From Promethearchaeia archaeon (lineage in GTDB: Archaea; Asgardarchaeota; Lokiarchaeia; Sigyniarchaeales; SOKP01): a DNA stretch of 64,000 nt. Of the stretch, positions 46,906 to 57,284 are shown one piece after another. A program made the position numbers and the translations under genes. The stretch lies in assembly GCA_029856235.1 (NCBI GenBank), contig JAHQWP010000193.1:9646-73645 (forward strand), read 5' to 3'. The notes under the pieces are model-generated. The model had not been told where the DNA came from and ran no database searches. It saw nothing but the letters and a program-made list of their open reading frames with translations. How positions within the stretch are numbered: position 1 is the first letter of the stretch; each line of letters begins with the position of its first letter.

Positions 46906-48876
46906 CTCCTTTTTTTTAATCAATTCTTCATTTTCGAGATGGTTAACCATTTTCAATATTTTATCTGGCTTAACTAATGCCTCATATTCCAAGGATAGGA
47001 AAGCAGAGATCCGTAAAGTATTGTAACCTTTCCCTAAAAGATTAATCAGCTCGTTAATTGGCCCTAAAAACTCGTACTGTAATTCGGCCATAAATTCCTC
47101 AAAAATTGGATACTTGATTAATTTGAAAACTTCTCTTACAGCAAATGGTCCTTCGTAGTTGGGTTCGTAAATATCAGCGTACTTTGACTCGAGAATTTTT
47201 ATATCATTTTCATCAAAATTGAATTTTTCATTCCACTTATAAAGTTGATAGTCACACAATCCTTTTATTTCCTCTTTCGCTGATACTATTAGTTCAACAA
47301 TTTCTGAAGAAGTGTCAATCTGTTTTATCCACTCCAACGATTCAAGCTCATATTGATAGCACGCCTTTAAAATTTCGCAACCTAATAAAAACAAATCTTT
47401 TCCAAAGTCTTCTGCATTAGCTTCTACTGGATAGGATATAGACAGAAATAATTCTTCTATAAGTTTAATCGCATCTCCAAGTCTTTTAAATAATCCTCGG
47501 TGAATTAAAGGCCAAAACTTCTTTACAAGCCTATTGTCAAATATTGAATGGATATAGGATATACTCAGAGCCATCGCGATTACTCGTTTTAATTCAGTGG
47601 AATCGCTATATTCAACAGTATCCACGTTTGAATGCCAATTAGGATCATTATGACCAAACATGAGCGAGGGAATTCCAAAGTAGGAATCTATAAAGAGAAC
47701 ATGATCGCTACCTCCATCGTAGCTTCTAAGTCGATAAGACATTGGGGTTTTAGTTCCATTGACGGCAATTCCCTTGGGGTGATCCGCTATTTTTTTTACG
47801 AAGTCTGAAGCAATATCGTTAATAATTGATGGCGTAGAACGAGGAGCAAGGTTAACTTCTAATGGCTCACCTAATTTTAATTGGTGTTCTCCAATCATAT
47901 CTAAATTGATACACGCTAATACATTTCTCATCTTATCTTCGTGATACTTCATCCACGGGACCGTTCCATTAAACTCTGGAACCCATACAAATCTTATAGT
48001 TCGTTTTGGGTATTCTAAAATTTCTCTATCTATCATGTATTTATAAGCTCGCGCTAGCTCAAGTAGACCGGCAGCACCGCTAGCATTATCGTTAGCACAT
48101 GAGAGGGGATGACACAGATGAGCAATAATAATTATTTCTTGATCAGGGAATTCCGTTCCTTTAATAGGAGCTGTTAGAACTTCTAGGTTACCTTCCATAA
48201 ATTCAGCCCTAATGGTTGCTTTTACTTTCACAGGTCCCTTTTTTAACAAATCCTTCAAATGCATTGCTTGATTATAAGAAATACTATAACCAAATTTAGC
48301 ACTATTCATTCTTTCCTTTGTAGTAAAAAATCCATTATAAATCCGACGATCGAAATTACCTCTCGCTCTGTTCAAATCAGGATAATATATAACCCCTAAA
48401 GCTCCACTTTCCTCGATGTATGACCGGCACAAAAAGATTGAGCCTGACATTAATACGATTTTACCGTTTATATCGTCTCTGTCGTAATCTTCCTTTTTAT
48501 CACCTACACCGATATCTATTATTTCTGTAGTTACATTGCACGATATTGAATGAGTAAATATTGAAACGGCTATGTCGTTGAAATCACACAGTTTAGTCTT
48601 TTCTGGTTCTACAACCCATAGCTCGCCAGCTTCGATCTCCCATTGATACGATGCTTGATACTCCCAACTGGTTGTTTCTCCATCAGCGGGAGATTTAAAA
48701 TGCTCTATGTCGTCATACCCTAAATTCACCAATTCTTTCTTAATTGTCTCAAGACTATCGTGATACCCGTTTGATGCTTGAACTCGATTATACTGGGAAA
48801 TTTTAGCTACCCAATCCCACGCTTTTTGCCCATTTATCACACCTAGAATATCATTAAAGAATTTTTCAATATCCAT
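46897..48876 (-). CDS. M28-family (aminopeptidase-like, PA-domain) metallopeptidase with a long helical C-terminal extension
   Basis: HLCHPLSCANDNASGAAGLLELA and a later DGGSDH are M28 zinc-ligand-type motifs. The 3' end overlaps the GH4 gene by 9 nt in convergent orientation. Confidence 0.6.
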   Translation of the reverse strand: MDIEKFFNDILGVINGQKAWDWVAKISQYNRVQASNGYHDSLETIKKELVNLGYDDIEHFKSPADGETTSWEYQASYQWEIEAGELWVVEPEKTKLCDFNDIAVSIFTHSISCNVTTEIIDIGVGDKKEDYDRDDINGKIVLMSGSIFLCRSYIEESGALGVIYYPDLNRARGNFDRRIYNGFFTTKERMNSAKFGYSISYNQAMHLKDLLKKGPVKVKATIRAEFMEGNLEVLTAPIKGTEFPDQEIIIIAHLCHPLSCANDNASGAAGLLELARAYKYMIDREILEYPKRTIRFVWVPEFNGTVPWMKYHEDKMRNVLACINLDMIGEHQLKLGEPLEVNLAPRSTPSIINDIASDFVKKIADHPKGIAVNGTKTPMSYRLRSYDGGSDHVLFIDSYFGIPSLMFGHNDPNWHSNVDTVEYSDSTELKRVIAMALSISYIHSIFDNRLVKKFWPLIHRGLFKRLGDAIKLIEELFLSISYPVEANAEDFGKDLFLLGCEILKACYQYELESLEWIKQIDTSSEIVELIVSAKEEIKGLCDYQLYKWNEKFNFDENDIKILESKYADIYEPNYEGPFAVREVFKLIKYPIFEEFMAELQYEFLGPINELINLLGKGYNTLRISAFLSLEYEALVKPDKILKMVNHLENEELIKKKELL

Positions 48877-48980
48877 ACTACATCATTTTCTTATAAATCT
48901 CACTAAAATAAATTTAATATCTATAATGCCTTTTTTCAAATAAATTTGATACTAAATTTAAAATTTAATAGAACTAAATT

Positions 48981-49649
48981 ATGAAATACTTTTTAGATAG
49001 TGCAAAAATAGATGAAATTAAATATGCTTTAGATAATTGGGGAATTAACGGCGTAACTTCCAATCCGAAACATATAAAAACTTCTGGCAAATCATTTTAT
49101 AGTGTAGTAAAAGAATTTGCTGAAGAGTTTAAAGATATTGACTTTCCAATTTCGGTGGAGATTAACCCACATATAGCTAATGCTAAAGAAATGGTAGCTG
49201 CAGCTAAAGAGATCGCAAAAATATCGCCTAACTTTGTTATTAAAATCCCTTGTACAGAACAAGGATTAATTGCTACAAAGGTATTAGTAGAAGCAGGGAT
49301 AAAAGTTAATGTCACCTTAGTTTTTACAACTTCTCAAGCCTTACAGGTTGGAAGGATTGGCGCAGCATATTGTTCTCCCTTCATAGGATGGCAAGAAAGC
49401 TCAGGTGTGGATTGTGAACTCTTAGTCTCAGATATAATGCAAATTTATCGAAATTACGATTTTACTACTGAAGTGATAGTAGCTGCTTTACGAAACGCTA
49501 AGCAAATAGTTGACGCAGCACGTTTTGGTGCGTTTATTGTCACAGCAGGATTTGATGTTTATAAAAACAGTTTTGAGCATCCGTTTACTGAGAAAGGACT
49601 CAAAATATTTCAAGATGCGTGGGATGATACAGATCTAGGAACATTATAA
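48981..49649 (+). CDS. Transaldolase-family protein, short FSA/TalC type (fructose-6-phosphate aldolase-like)
   Basis: The 222-aa product has MKYFLDSAKIDEI, GVTSNP, VIKIPCT (Schiff-base Lys context) and NVTLVF. Confidence 0.85.
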   Translation: MKYFLDSAKIDEIKYALDNWGINGVTSNPKHIKTSGKSFYSVVKEFAEEFKDIDFPISVEINPHIANAKEMVAAAKEIAKISPNFVIKIPCTEQGLIATKVLVEAGIKVNVTLVFTTSQALQVGRIGAAYCSPFIGWQESSGVDCELLVSDIMQIYRNYDFTTEVIVAALRNAKQIVDAARFGAFIVTAGFDVYKNSFEHPFTEKGLKIFQDAWDDTDLGTL

Positions 49650-49673
49650 TAACAAAAAAAGAGGTTTATCAGA

Positions 49674-50990
49674 TTGAAACAAGAAATACGCGTTGGCCTT
49701 GTATGTTTAGCTCGTAAAACCTTCGATTACCAAGCAGCTAAAGAGATTTACGGCAAAATTAAAAATGATTTAAAAAAATTAGATAATGTTCATTGGGAAA
49801 TTGTAGAAGACTTGGTTATTGAAATTGACGAGGCACAAAACGCGGCTCATAGACTTTTTTGCCAAGAAATCGATGCCTTAGTATGTATTAGCGGTACCTT
49901 CGCATTAGGACATTTGATTTTGGAATTAAACAAGATAATAAATAAGCCAATTTTATTGTGGGGATTAGAAGAATTACCTTATGACGGTGGAAAAATTCGT
50001 CTAAATTCGGTATGTGGAATTAATTTGAATTCGAGTAATCTGTATAAAGCTGGTGTTAAAAATTACCAGGTTGTAATTGGCGAGAAAATCGATGAAGATT
50101 GGGTGGATGCAATTCGTATCATTAAAACTTTTTCCGCAAATCGGATAGGAATTTTAGGGTATAGAGCTAAAGGTTTTTTTAACTTGGATGTAGATGAATT
50201 AGATTTATATAAGCAGTTGGGAGTTCTCGTTGATCACTTTGAATTAGAGCAAGTTTACAACTTTGCAATCAATATTGATAAGATAAAAGATAAAATAACA
50301 CAGATCAAATCGACTTTTGATGTATCTGGTATTACGGAACAACAAGTTACCAAAGTCGCCGAATTAACCGTAAAATTTGAAGGATTCATGAAAGAGAACA
50401 AATTGAGTGCTCTAGCCATACGATGTTGGCCTGAATTTGCAGAAAATTTTGGTATTTCTCCGTGTGCGGCAATGTCGGTATTACAATCAGAAGGTAATAT
50501 CCTAACATGTGAGGGTGATTTGTTAGGAGCTTTATCGATGTTAGCCCATAAAGCTATTGGTGGTGAAACACCATTTATGGCCGATTTTTCACAAGTAGAT
50601 CTTAAAGAAAATATCGGACTATTATGGCATTGCGGTGTTGCAGCCTGTAATTTATGGGATGAGAAATGCGTCAGGTCATTAGATAGTTATTTTGCCGGAG
50701 GAAAAGGAGTAACAGCAGATTTTGTAATGAAGTCTGGAGAGCTTTCACTGCTTAGAATTGATTATACTCCTGGCGAATATAGAATCTTTTTACAAAAATC
50801 TAAAGGCATCCCAATGAATAAAGAGTTAAAAGGGACTTATGTAAAAGTGAGATTTAAGGATGATGTAAGGGATGTACTTGATAAAATAATATATAACGGG
50901 ATAGCTCATCATATATCTGTTGTTTACGGTGAATTTATAAAACCGCTGGAGATTTTTGCTAAATTAAAGGGTTGGAATGTAATTAAGTAA
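49674..50990 (+). CDS. L-fucose/L-arabinose isomerase family protein
   Basis: RVGLVCLARKTFD, LLWGLEE, NSVCGINL, AIRCWPEF and CEGDLLGALSM follow the pattern of the short FucI/AraA-like family. It starts at TTG, 24 nt after the transaldolase stop. Confidence 0.65.
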   Translation: MKQEIRVGLVCLARKTFDYQAAKEIYGKIKNDLKKLDNVHWEIVEDLVIEIDEAQNAAHRLFCQEIDALVCISGTFALGHLILELNKIINKPILLWGLEELPYDGGKIRLNSVCGINLNSSNLYKAGVKNYQVVIGEKIDEDWVDAIRIIKTFSANRIGILGYRAKGFFNLDVDELDLYKQLGVLVDHFELEQVYNFAINIDKIKDKITQIKSTFDVSGITEQQVTKVAELTVKFEGFMKENKLSALAIRCWPEFAENFGISPCAAMSVLQSEGNILTCEGDLLGALSMLAHKAIGGETPFMADFSQVDLKENIGLLWHCGVAACNLWDEKCVRSLDSYFAGGKGVTADFVMKSGELSLLRIDYTPGEYRIFLQKSKGIPMNKELKGTYVKVRFKDDVRDVLDKIIYNGIAHHISVVYGEFIKPLEIFAKLKGWNVIK

Positions 50991-51006
50991 AAATCTAAAG
51001 GTATTA

Positions 51007-52992
51007 ATGATGTTAAAACTAAAGCTTAACAAACTTGCTGATGGGTTTACAATCTATTTTAAGGATTATCCATTTTTAAAACACAATCAAAATGCTCCGT
51101 GTTTTAAAATTGGCAAAGGGAAAGCTAAATACAAACTGCATCACGGTGAGTTTAAAATTAGGGAGAAAGAAGTTACTGAAATTCCCTTGCAGAGATTTGA
51201 GATTTTAAGTGATGGACCAGATGAATTAGAATTAGAATTTAAAAATTCTGAGGAAGAAAAGCTTAGGGTTATGATTCTAATAGAAGATGATCAATTTAGG
51301 TTGAAGTTTGATTGCTCTGATCCCGATATTAATAGATTTTGGATGAAAATTCAAGCTACAAGCAATGAGGCTATATTTGGACTCGGAGAACAATTTTCTG
51401 AAATTAATTTTAGAGGTAAAGATCTTCCACTTTGGGTTGAAGAGCAAGGAGTTGGGCGAGGAGATCCTCCTATAACTGGAGATTGGTATACTACTTATCA
51501 TCCACAACCGAGTTTTGTCTCTTCTGAAAATTATTTTTGCCATTGTAATAGTACAAGTTATGCGAGATTTAATTTTACTAAAGAATCTTTCCATGAGTTG
51601 TATATTTGGAGCGTACCTGAAGAAATAACTTTCGGAAAATTTGAATCTACTCTTGAGACTGTAAGCAACCTTTCACAACTGTTAGGAATCCAACCTAAAT
51701 TACCAGATTGGGTATATGATGGAGTTTGGCTTGGAATCCAAGGTGGAAAAGATATCGTAGAGCAGAAGATTCAAACCTGTATTGAAAAGAAAGTTAAAAT
51801 TTCCGCAGTATGGTGTCAGGATTGGCAGGGAATTCACATGCAAGGTGCTCAGAAAAGATTGATTTGGAACTGGGAGTATGATTCAACACTTTATCCGGAT
51901 TTACCTGCCTACATAAAAAGTTTAAATAGTAGAGGGATAAAATATTTGGGATATAACAACTCTATGCTTGCACAGGGGGAAGAACAATATCAGTACGCGC
52001 TTGATAAAGGACTAACTATTAAAGATACAAATAGAAACCAATACAAAATAATTACAGATAGCGGAGAGAAATCTTTGCTTGATCTTAGCAACCCAGAAAC
52101 TCTACATTGGTTTAAAGAAATTGTTAAAGAAAATATGATAAAAATAGGATTGTCAGGATGGATGGCAGATTACGGAGAATATCTTCCAATCGATGCTGTT
52201 TTACATTCTGGCGAAAATCCCGAGACATTCCACAACAAGTATCCTGTCGAATTTGCTAAAGTTAATTACAAAGCTATAAAAGAAGCTGGTCGCTTGGAAG
52301 ATATTGTATTCTTTACAAGAGCAGGTTATTCGCATGTTTCAAAATACTCAACATTGGTATGGGCTGGCGACCAACTTGTAGATTGGAGTTTGGGAGATGG
52401 TCTAGGAACTGTTATACCAGCGGGCATTTCAATCGGTATATGCGGGATAGGTTATTATCATTTTGATATTGGTGGATTCCATAGCCTTGGCATTTATATT
52501 CGAACTAAGGAAATGTTCATGCGTTGGACAGAAATCGCTGTTTTCACAACGGTTATGCGTACTCACGAAAGTATTAAACCGTACGATAATTTACAATTTG
52601 ATTACGATGAGGAAACGCTTGAACATTTTGCTAAGATGGTATACATACATGTACAACTTAAACCATATTTTCAATATCTCTCAGAAGAGTATCAAAAAAC
52701 TGGGATAAGTCCTTTTAGAGGTTGTTTTTTGCATTATGAAAACGATCCTGAACTCTACGATTTAAAATACCAATACATGTTAGGACCTGATTTGGTCATC
52801 GCTCCGGTAATAGAACCGAATGAAGATACATGGAAGGTCTATTTACCCAAGGATGATTGGATTCACTTGTGGAGTAATATCGAGTACAAAGGTGGATGGA
52901 TCACCGTAGAAGCACCTATAGGTAACCCTCCCGTATTTTATAAAAAGGATTCGACATTTAAAGATTTATTCAAAAGCTTAGTTAAAATTTAA
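51007..52992 (+). CDS. yihQ: GH31 glycosidase of the YihQ (sulfoquinovosidase) type
   Basis: VWCQDWQGIHMQGAQKRLIWNWEYD (51811-51882) parallels E. coli YihQ QDW..G.R....FGKRVMWNW with the Gln and RxxW sulfonate-binding signature. The nucleophile context is GWMADYGEYLP and the acid/base context is WAGDQLVDWS. Confidence 0.8.
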   Translation: MMLKLKLNKLADGFTIYFKDYPFLKHNQNAPCFKIGKGKAKYKLHHGEFKIREKEVTEIPLQRFEILSDGPDELELEFKNSEEEKLRVMILIEDDQFRLKFDCSDPDINRFWMKIQATSNEAIFGLGEQFSEINFRGKDLPLWVEEQGVGRGDPPITGDWYTTYHPQPSFVSSENYFCHCNSTSYARFNFTKESFHELYIWSVPEEITFGKFESTLETVSNLSQLLGIQPKLPDWVYDGVWLGIQGGKDIVEQKIQTCIEKKVKISAVWCQDWQGIHMQGAQKRLIWNWEYDSTLYPDLPAYIKSLNSRGIKYLGYNNSMLAQGEEQYQYALDKGLTIKDTNRNQYKIITDSGEKSLLDLSNPETLHWFKEIVKENMIKIGLSGWMADYGEYLPIDAVLHSGENPETFHNKYPVEFAKVNYKAIKEAGRLEDIVFFTRAGYSHVSKYSTLVWAGDQLVDWSLGDGLGTVIPAGISIGICGIGYYHFDIGGFHSLGIYIRTKEMFMRWTEIAVFTTVMRTHESIKPYDNLQFDYDEETLEHFAKMVYIHVQLKPYFQYLSEEYQKTGISPFRGCFLHYENDPELYDLKYQYMLGPDLVIAPVIEPNEDTWKVYLPKDDWIHLWSNIEYKGGWITVEAPIGNPPVFYKKDSTFKDLFKSLVKI

Positions 52993-53008
52993 AAAGAGTA
53001 TTATTAAA

Positions 53009-53242
53009 ATGAAACCCCCAGTATGTTGTATATGTAATAAAAGGTTAGATTATCCTGATGAAGGAGGATTAATATATTTTAAAAAAAGAGCTTCAGACAA
53101 AAAATGGGATAAATTGATGGAAGAAAATGGAATGGTTGGACATCCTCCTTATGCAGAATGGTTTTGTGAAGACCATTATGCCAAGGCTAAAGAGTTGAAG
53201 GATTTAACCATTGATAGAGCTATGAAATTGTTAGAACCTTAA
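53009..53242 (+). CDS. Small Cys/His protein (zinc-binding-like), last gene of the operon
   Basis: The 77-aa product has CCIC...WFCEDH. It lies 16 nt after the GH31 stop. I recognise no family. Confidence 0.4.
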   Translation: MKPPVCCICNKRLDYPDEGGLIYFKKRASDKKWDKLMEENGMVGHPPYAEWFCEDHYAKAKELKDLTIDRAMKLLEP

Positions 53243-54376
53243 TTCTGAGATAACATCTACGAGTTCTTTATTTAGAGTAGCTTGAGCTGATCTTGGGCTT
53301 CCGCCACCTTTACCCCCAAACTTCTTGATTAACTCATTAATGACTTCGTTTGCTTTGAAAGCCTCATTATTAGAAAGAATATGTACTTTGTTATTGCCAG
53401 AATTCATTATTAAAAGAGAGTTTGGAGGAAAATTTTTAAAAGATTTAGACAAAAACTTATAATCTACTTCAAAATTTACCACACCGATTTTAATTCCCTT
53501 TAAAGTGGTAGCAGGAGAGATTGCAATTAATTTTAAAGCCTTTTCAATTAGAATTGCATTTTCCTCCTTAAGCTTGAAATACTGCGTCTTAAGAGAGGTA
53601 AATAGATTTGTAACTGATACATTTAATGCGTTTGCTAAATCCACAGCGGCAATATTTTGTTTAGAAAGCATTTTAATCGCTTTACTTCCCACTAAATATT
53701 TAAACTCCCTCTCTTTTTTAATTTCGTAGAAGTATACTGGGCCTACTTCCGATGATTCCGCGAGATGAGTTCCTCCACAGCAGTTTATATCATAATCTTC
53801 TATTTCTACAATTCTAAGGTCGGTATCACCAGTTACTCCCCCTCTTATTTGTGCGCTTAAATTGTTAATTTCAGTTTGAGGGACAATTTTACTGCGAAAT
53901 TGTAGATTTCGGATAGTACAGATGTTCAAAAATTGGAATAAGACATTCGTCAGTTCTACTTCACTTACACTCCTACTTATATGGATTGATACATCTTCAA
54001 ATGATATGTTTGCTCGAATTGTATCAATATCGAAAAGATTCTTAAAGACTGCCGATAAGATGTGCTGAGAAGAATGAGCTCGCATGATGCCGTATCTATA
54101 TTCCCAGTCAATTTCTCCTGAAATACTATCACCTATTTTCAACTTATCACCAAAAGGTTCCGAAATATGGTGAACGATTAATTCTCCTTTTTTTATCACA
54201 TGGTCTACATTAAATGTATACCCTTTATTATTAATAGCGCCTTTGTCGCTATTTTGATTCCCTCCTTCGGGATAGAAAAGAGTTTTATCTAATATTATAC
54301 CGTCTTCATCAATTTCGATTATTTTTGCTTCAAAACGAGTGTCATAAGGGTTGTCCCAATACAATTTTTCTGTCAT
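53231..54376 (-). CDS. alaX: AlaX-type alanyl-tRNA editing protein (tRNA_SAD + DHHA1-like C-terminus)
   Basis: N-terminal LYWDNPY...LFYPEGGNQ, the zinc motifs HSSQH (HxxxH) and CCGGTH (CxxxH), and C-terminal GGKGGGSPRSAQA. Confidence 0.8.
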   Translation of the reverse strand: MTEKLYWDNPYDTRFEAKIIEIDEDGIILDKTLFYPEGGNQNSDKGAINNKGYTFNVDHVIKKGELIVHHISEPFGDKLKIGDSISGEIDWEYRYGIMRAHSSQHILSAVFKNLFDIDTIRANISFEDVSIHISRSVSEVELTNVLFQFLNICTIRNLQFRSKIVPQTEINNLSAQIRGGVTGDTDLRIVEIEDYDINCCGGTHLAESSEVGPVYFYEIKKEREFKYLVGSKAIKMLSKQNIAAVDLANALNVSVTNLFTSLKTQYFKLKEENAILIEKALKLIAISPATTLKGIKIGVVNFEVDYKFLSKSFKNFPPNSLLIMNSGNNKVHILSNNEAFKANEVINELIKKFGGKGGGSPRSAQATLNKELVDVISELRF

Positions 54377-54498
54377 AATAATTATCTTCGTGAAACGCTT
54401 CTTTTACGATCTATTTAACATACCACAATAATATGGTAATGCATATTGAAATATTACATTTGAATAATTCTAAAAAAGAAATATATTTCTAATTAAAA

Positions 54499-55785
54499 CT
54501 ATTGAGAATCAATTATACTCAAATCTAAATTTAATGTATATTCCCTTAATTCTTCATCAAAAAAGGATTCAGCTTCCTGAATTACATTAGATATTAGTTT
54601 TTCATCAATTTTCAATAAATTCTTTCTTGGTAAAGTAAACCAATTATGAATTCCGAGTACATAAACATTCCATAAACCCTTTTCATCCTTAAAGGAGCGA
54701 TTTTTTGTCTCTTGGCATAGTAACATCCAGAATAGTATCAATTTATGTGATATTTTTACATCTTCATTAAATGAAGATCGATGAAAAGACCCAAAAGCCA
54801 ATATCATCAGAAAAGCAAGACCGTACTTAATTTGAATTTTACACGATTGTTTTAATAGGCTCTCCTTTAGTTGTTCCCATTCCATTCTAGTAAAATTGAA
54901 TTGATCGTAGGGAATTGACTCTGAACTAGATTTTATTACATTAAAATAAAAATTTTCTGTTAGGTACGATTTTGTTCCTACAAATTGAAAGATTCTTAAA
55001 GCTCCAGCAATCCTCCAGTCGATCCACTCCTGAGAATAGAGGAGCGCCTTTTGAATCGCTTTTTCTTCATTAGGTAACAATCTAAATATGTCTTTGAGAT
55101 TTTGATTAATTTTTTCATAATACACGGGATAATGATCAAAAATCCTCGAATAAGAATACCCCAATATATCTATATAAGTGAAAATTTCAAGTAAATCAAT
55201 GAATAAACTTAAATATTTATGATCAGAGAGTAGTTGAGCTAATATTGGATCCCTTATTAACGAGTAACTTCCATAATACGTCGATTCTCCCGTATAAATG
55301 GTTGCAAAGAGAACATGGTATTGTATGACCTTCTCGATTAAGATTCTATCATTTTCTAATAAATTGAAAGGTGAAAGGAGGTTTCGTGAGGATATTAAAA
55401 TAAAGCTTTGATGAGGGTGATCTCTCTTGCGGATAAACTTCCCAATATCGTGATAACTTAGAATTAAAGGGAATATTAAAGTATTATATTGTTGAATTTT
55501 CTCTAGTTTCTTAAGAATCTTCGATAATGTCTGACTCGAAAAGCCTTCAATAGTAAAAGAATCACTTAAGATATTTAGAAAAATTTTGATAGATCTAAAA
55601 ATATGTTTAACTGTTCTTGTAAACTCTTGTTTATCTCTGGTTATTCCCATTTCAAATATTTCAGAAAGATTGGGAAACGATTTGAGAAAATCGGTATAAA
55701 TTTGTGTCTTTTCAATCTCATTTGAAGATTCTATGCTGCTTAAAGAGATATCTGTAAATATTTGTTGAAGTTGGTTAATAATCAC
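54499..55785 (-). CDS. HD-domain-containing protein of unknown function
   Basis: LILSYHDIGKFIRKRDHPHQS contains an H...HD signature. The rest of the 428-aa product is helical with no recognised motif. Confidence 0.45.
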   Translation of the reverse strand: MIINQLQQIFTDISLSSIESSNEIEKTQIYTDFLKSFPNLSEIFEMGITRDKQEFTRTVKHIFRSIKIFLNILSDSFTIEGFSSQTLSKILKKLEKIQQYNTLIFPLILSYHDIGKFIRKRDHPHQSFILISSRNLLSPFNLLENDRILIEKVIQYHVLFATIYTGESTYYGSYSLIRDPILAQLLSDHKYLSLFIDLLEIFTYIDILGYSYSRIFDHYPVYYEKINQNLKDIFRLLPNEEKAIQKALLYSQEWIDWRIAGALRIFQFVGTKSYLTENFYFNVIKSSSESIPYDQFNFTRMEWEQLKESLLKQSCKIQIKYGLAFLMILAFGSFHRSSFNEDVKISHKLILFWMLLCQETKNRSFKDEKGLWNVYVLGIHNWFTLPRKNLLKIDEKLISNVIQEAESFFDEELREYTLNLDLSIIDSQ

Positions 55786-55846
55786 TTTAATTGAAAAAAT
55801 AATCAGTTAGTAATTAAAATTGGCAGTTTTACTAATTGCCCCAAAA

Positions 55847-57145
55847 TTAATACTTTCTTGGAGGTTTTTGCCTTTCATCCTTTATTTTCCCTTTTAACAA
55901 AGGATCTTCAGTTTTTTTCATCCAATTAAATAATTTTTGTCTTAATTCGAGCAAAACATCATTATAAGCGGGATTATATGCAAGGTTGTTATATTCGAGT
56001 GGATCTTCTTTTAAATCATAAAATTCTTCTTTTTTTCTATTCATTTTTATTTTATCCTTTAGAATTTGACCAGAAAGACTCCTCTCAATAAGGATCGGCA
56101 TTTGATAGAGAGATTCTTTAGGCTCAAAATTATGAATGTATTTAAACTCTCTGGTTCTGACGCTCCTCATAGGATCATATATATCGTGATAATTTTTTTC
56201 TGTAAAAATTTCTCTCCTAAAAGGAAGATTAGTATCTTTTAGAACAGGTAGAAAGCTTTTCCCCTCTATGTTTTCTGGAATTTCTGCTCCAATAAATTCT
56301 AATAAAGTTGGTAAAAGATCAATATTACTTATCATTTGCTCAAAGACTTTTCCGCCATTAAAGAAAATGTTATTAGGACAGTTCATTATGAGAAGAGTCT
56401 TTATGCCCGGATCATATAGCGTACATTTAGCTCTTGGGAAAGGGCTACCATGATCAGTTGTGTAAATGAAAAGGGTATTCTCTCTTAAACCAGTATTGTC
56501 TAAAAATTCAAGAATTTTTCCTATAGTTTCGTCTACAGGGTTAATAATTCCATAAAATAAACCTAAATCTTCCCGGACTTTATCAGATTCAGGTAGAAAA
56601 GGAGGAACTATAACCGTTTTTGGATCCACTGGTTCACTCCATATGTGAAAAGGGCGGTGTATCTCAATTACGCCTAAATTCGCAAAAAAAGGCTTTTCAT
56701 CGTCTTGATGTGCTTCAAAGAATTTTTTATATTCATTTAACATTATTTTAGTATCGTATTTATAGTCCTTCATCCTTTTACTAACAGTATCGTATCCTAA
56801 TGTTTTGACATCAACGCTCTCGTGCTGTAAACCAAGTAAATGGGTTGTATATCCGCTTTCTTTAAGATACATAGGCATCGTTTTATTGTGAGGCGGTAAA
56901 GTCCACCCCCGATTAACTAGCCCTATTAAACCATTTTGATGAGGATATAACGATGTTTGAATACTTCCTCGACTTGGGCTACATTGAGGAGCTGTACAAA
57001 AGTAATTCGTAAATCGTATCCCATCTTTCGCTAACTTGTCCAGGTTAGGTGTATGTAATGAATTTGGCGTTTGAGGTGTATCATAACAACCTAAAAATTG
57101 CCCTTGATCATGAGTTATAAACAGTAATATGTTAGGTTTCTTCAA
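55847..57145 (-). CDS. Cys-type sulfatase (formylglycine-dependent), no signal peptide
   Basis: NILLFITHDQG, CTAPQCSPSRGS (the C-x-P-x-R FGly motif) and YTTDHG are classic sulfatase motifs. Confidence 0.85.
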   Translation of the reverse strand: MKKPNILLFITHDQGQFLGCYDTPQTPNSLHTPNLDKLAKDGIRFTNYFCTAPQCSPSRGSIQTSLYPHQNGLIGLVNRGWTLPPHNKTMPMYLKESGYTTHLLGLQHESVDVKTLGYDTVSKRMKDYKYDTKIMLNEYKKFFEAHQDDEKPFFANLGVIEIHRPFHIWSEPVDPKTVIVPPFLPESDKVREDLGLFYGIINPVDETIGKILEFLDNTGLRENTLFIYTTDHGSPFPRAKCTLYDPGIKTLLIMNCPNNIFFNGGKVFEQMISNIDLLPTLLEFIGAEIPENIEGKSFLPVLKDTNLPFRREIFTEKNYHDIYDPMRSVRTREFKYIHNFEPKESLYQMPILIERSLSGQILKDKIKMNRKKEEFYDLKEDPLEYNNLAYNPAYNDVLLELRQKLFNWMKKTEDPLLKGKIKDERQKPPRKY

Positions 57146-57284
57146 CTTATCTCATTTTATTAGAGTTGGTGGGTTAAAATTAATTTAACTATCTGGTATA
57201 AAATTAGAAACTAAAAACTATAAAAAGATGGTCAACTAATATTTAAAAATACTTACATAATTTATAAAAAAATTGGTAAGAAAA

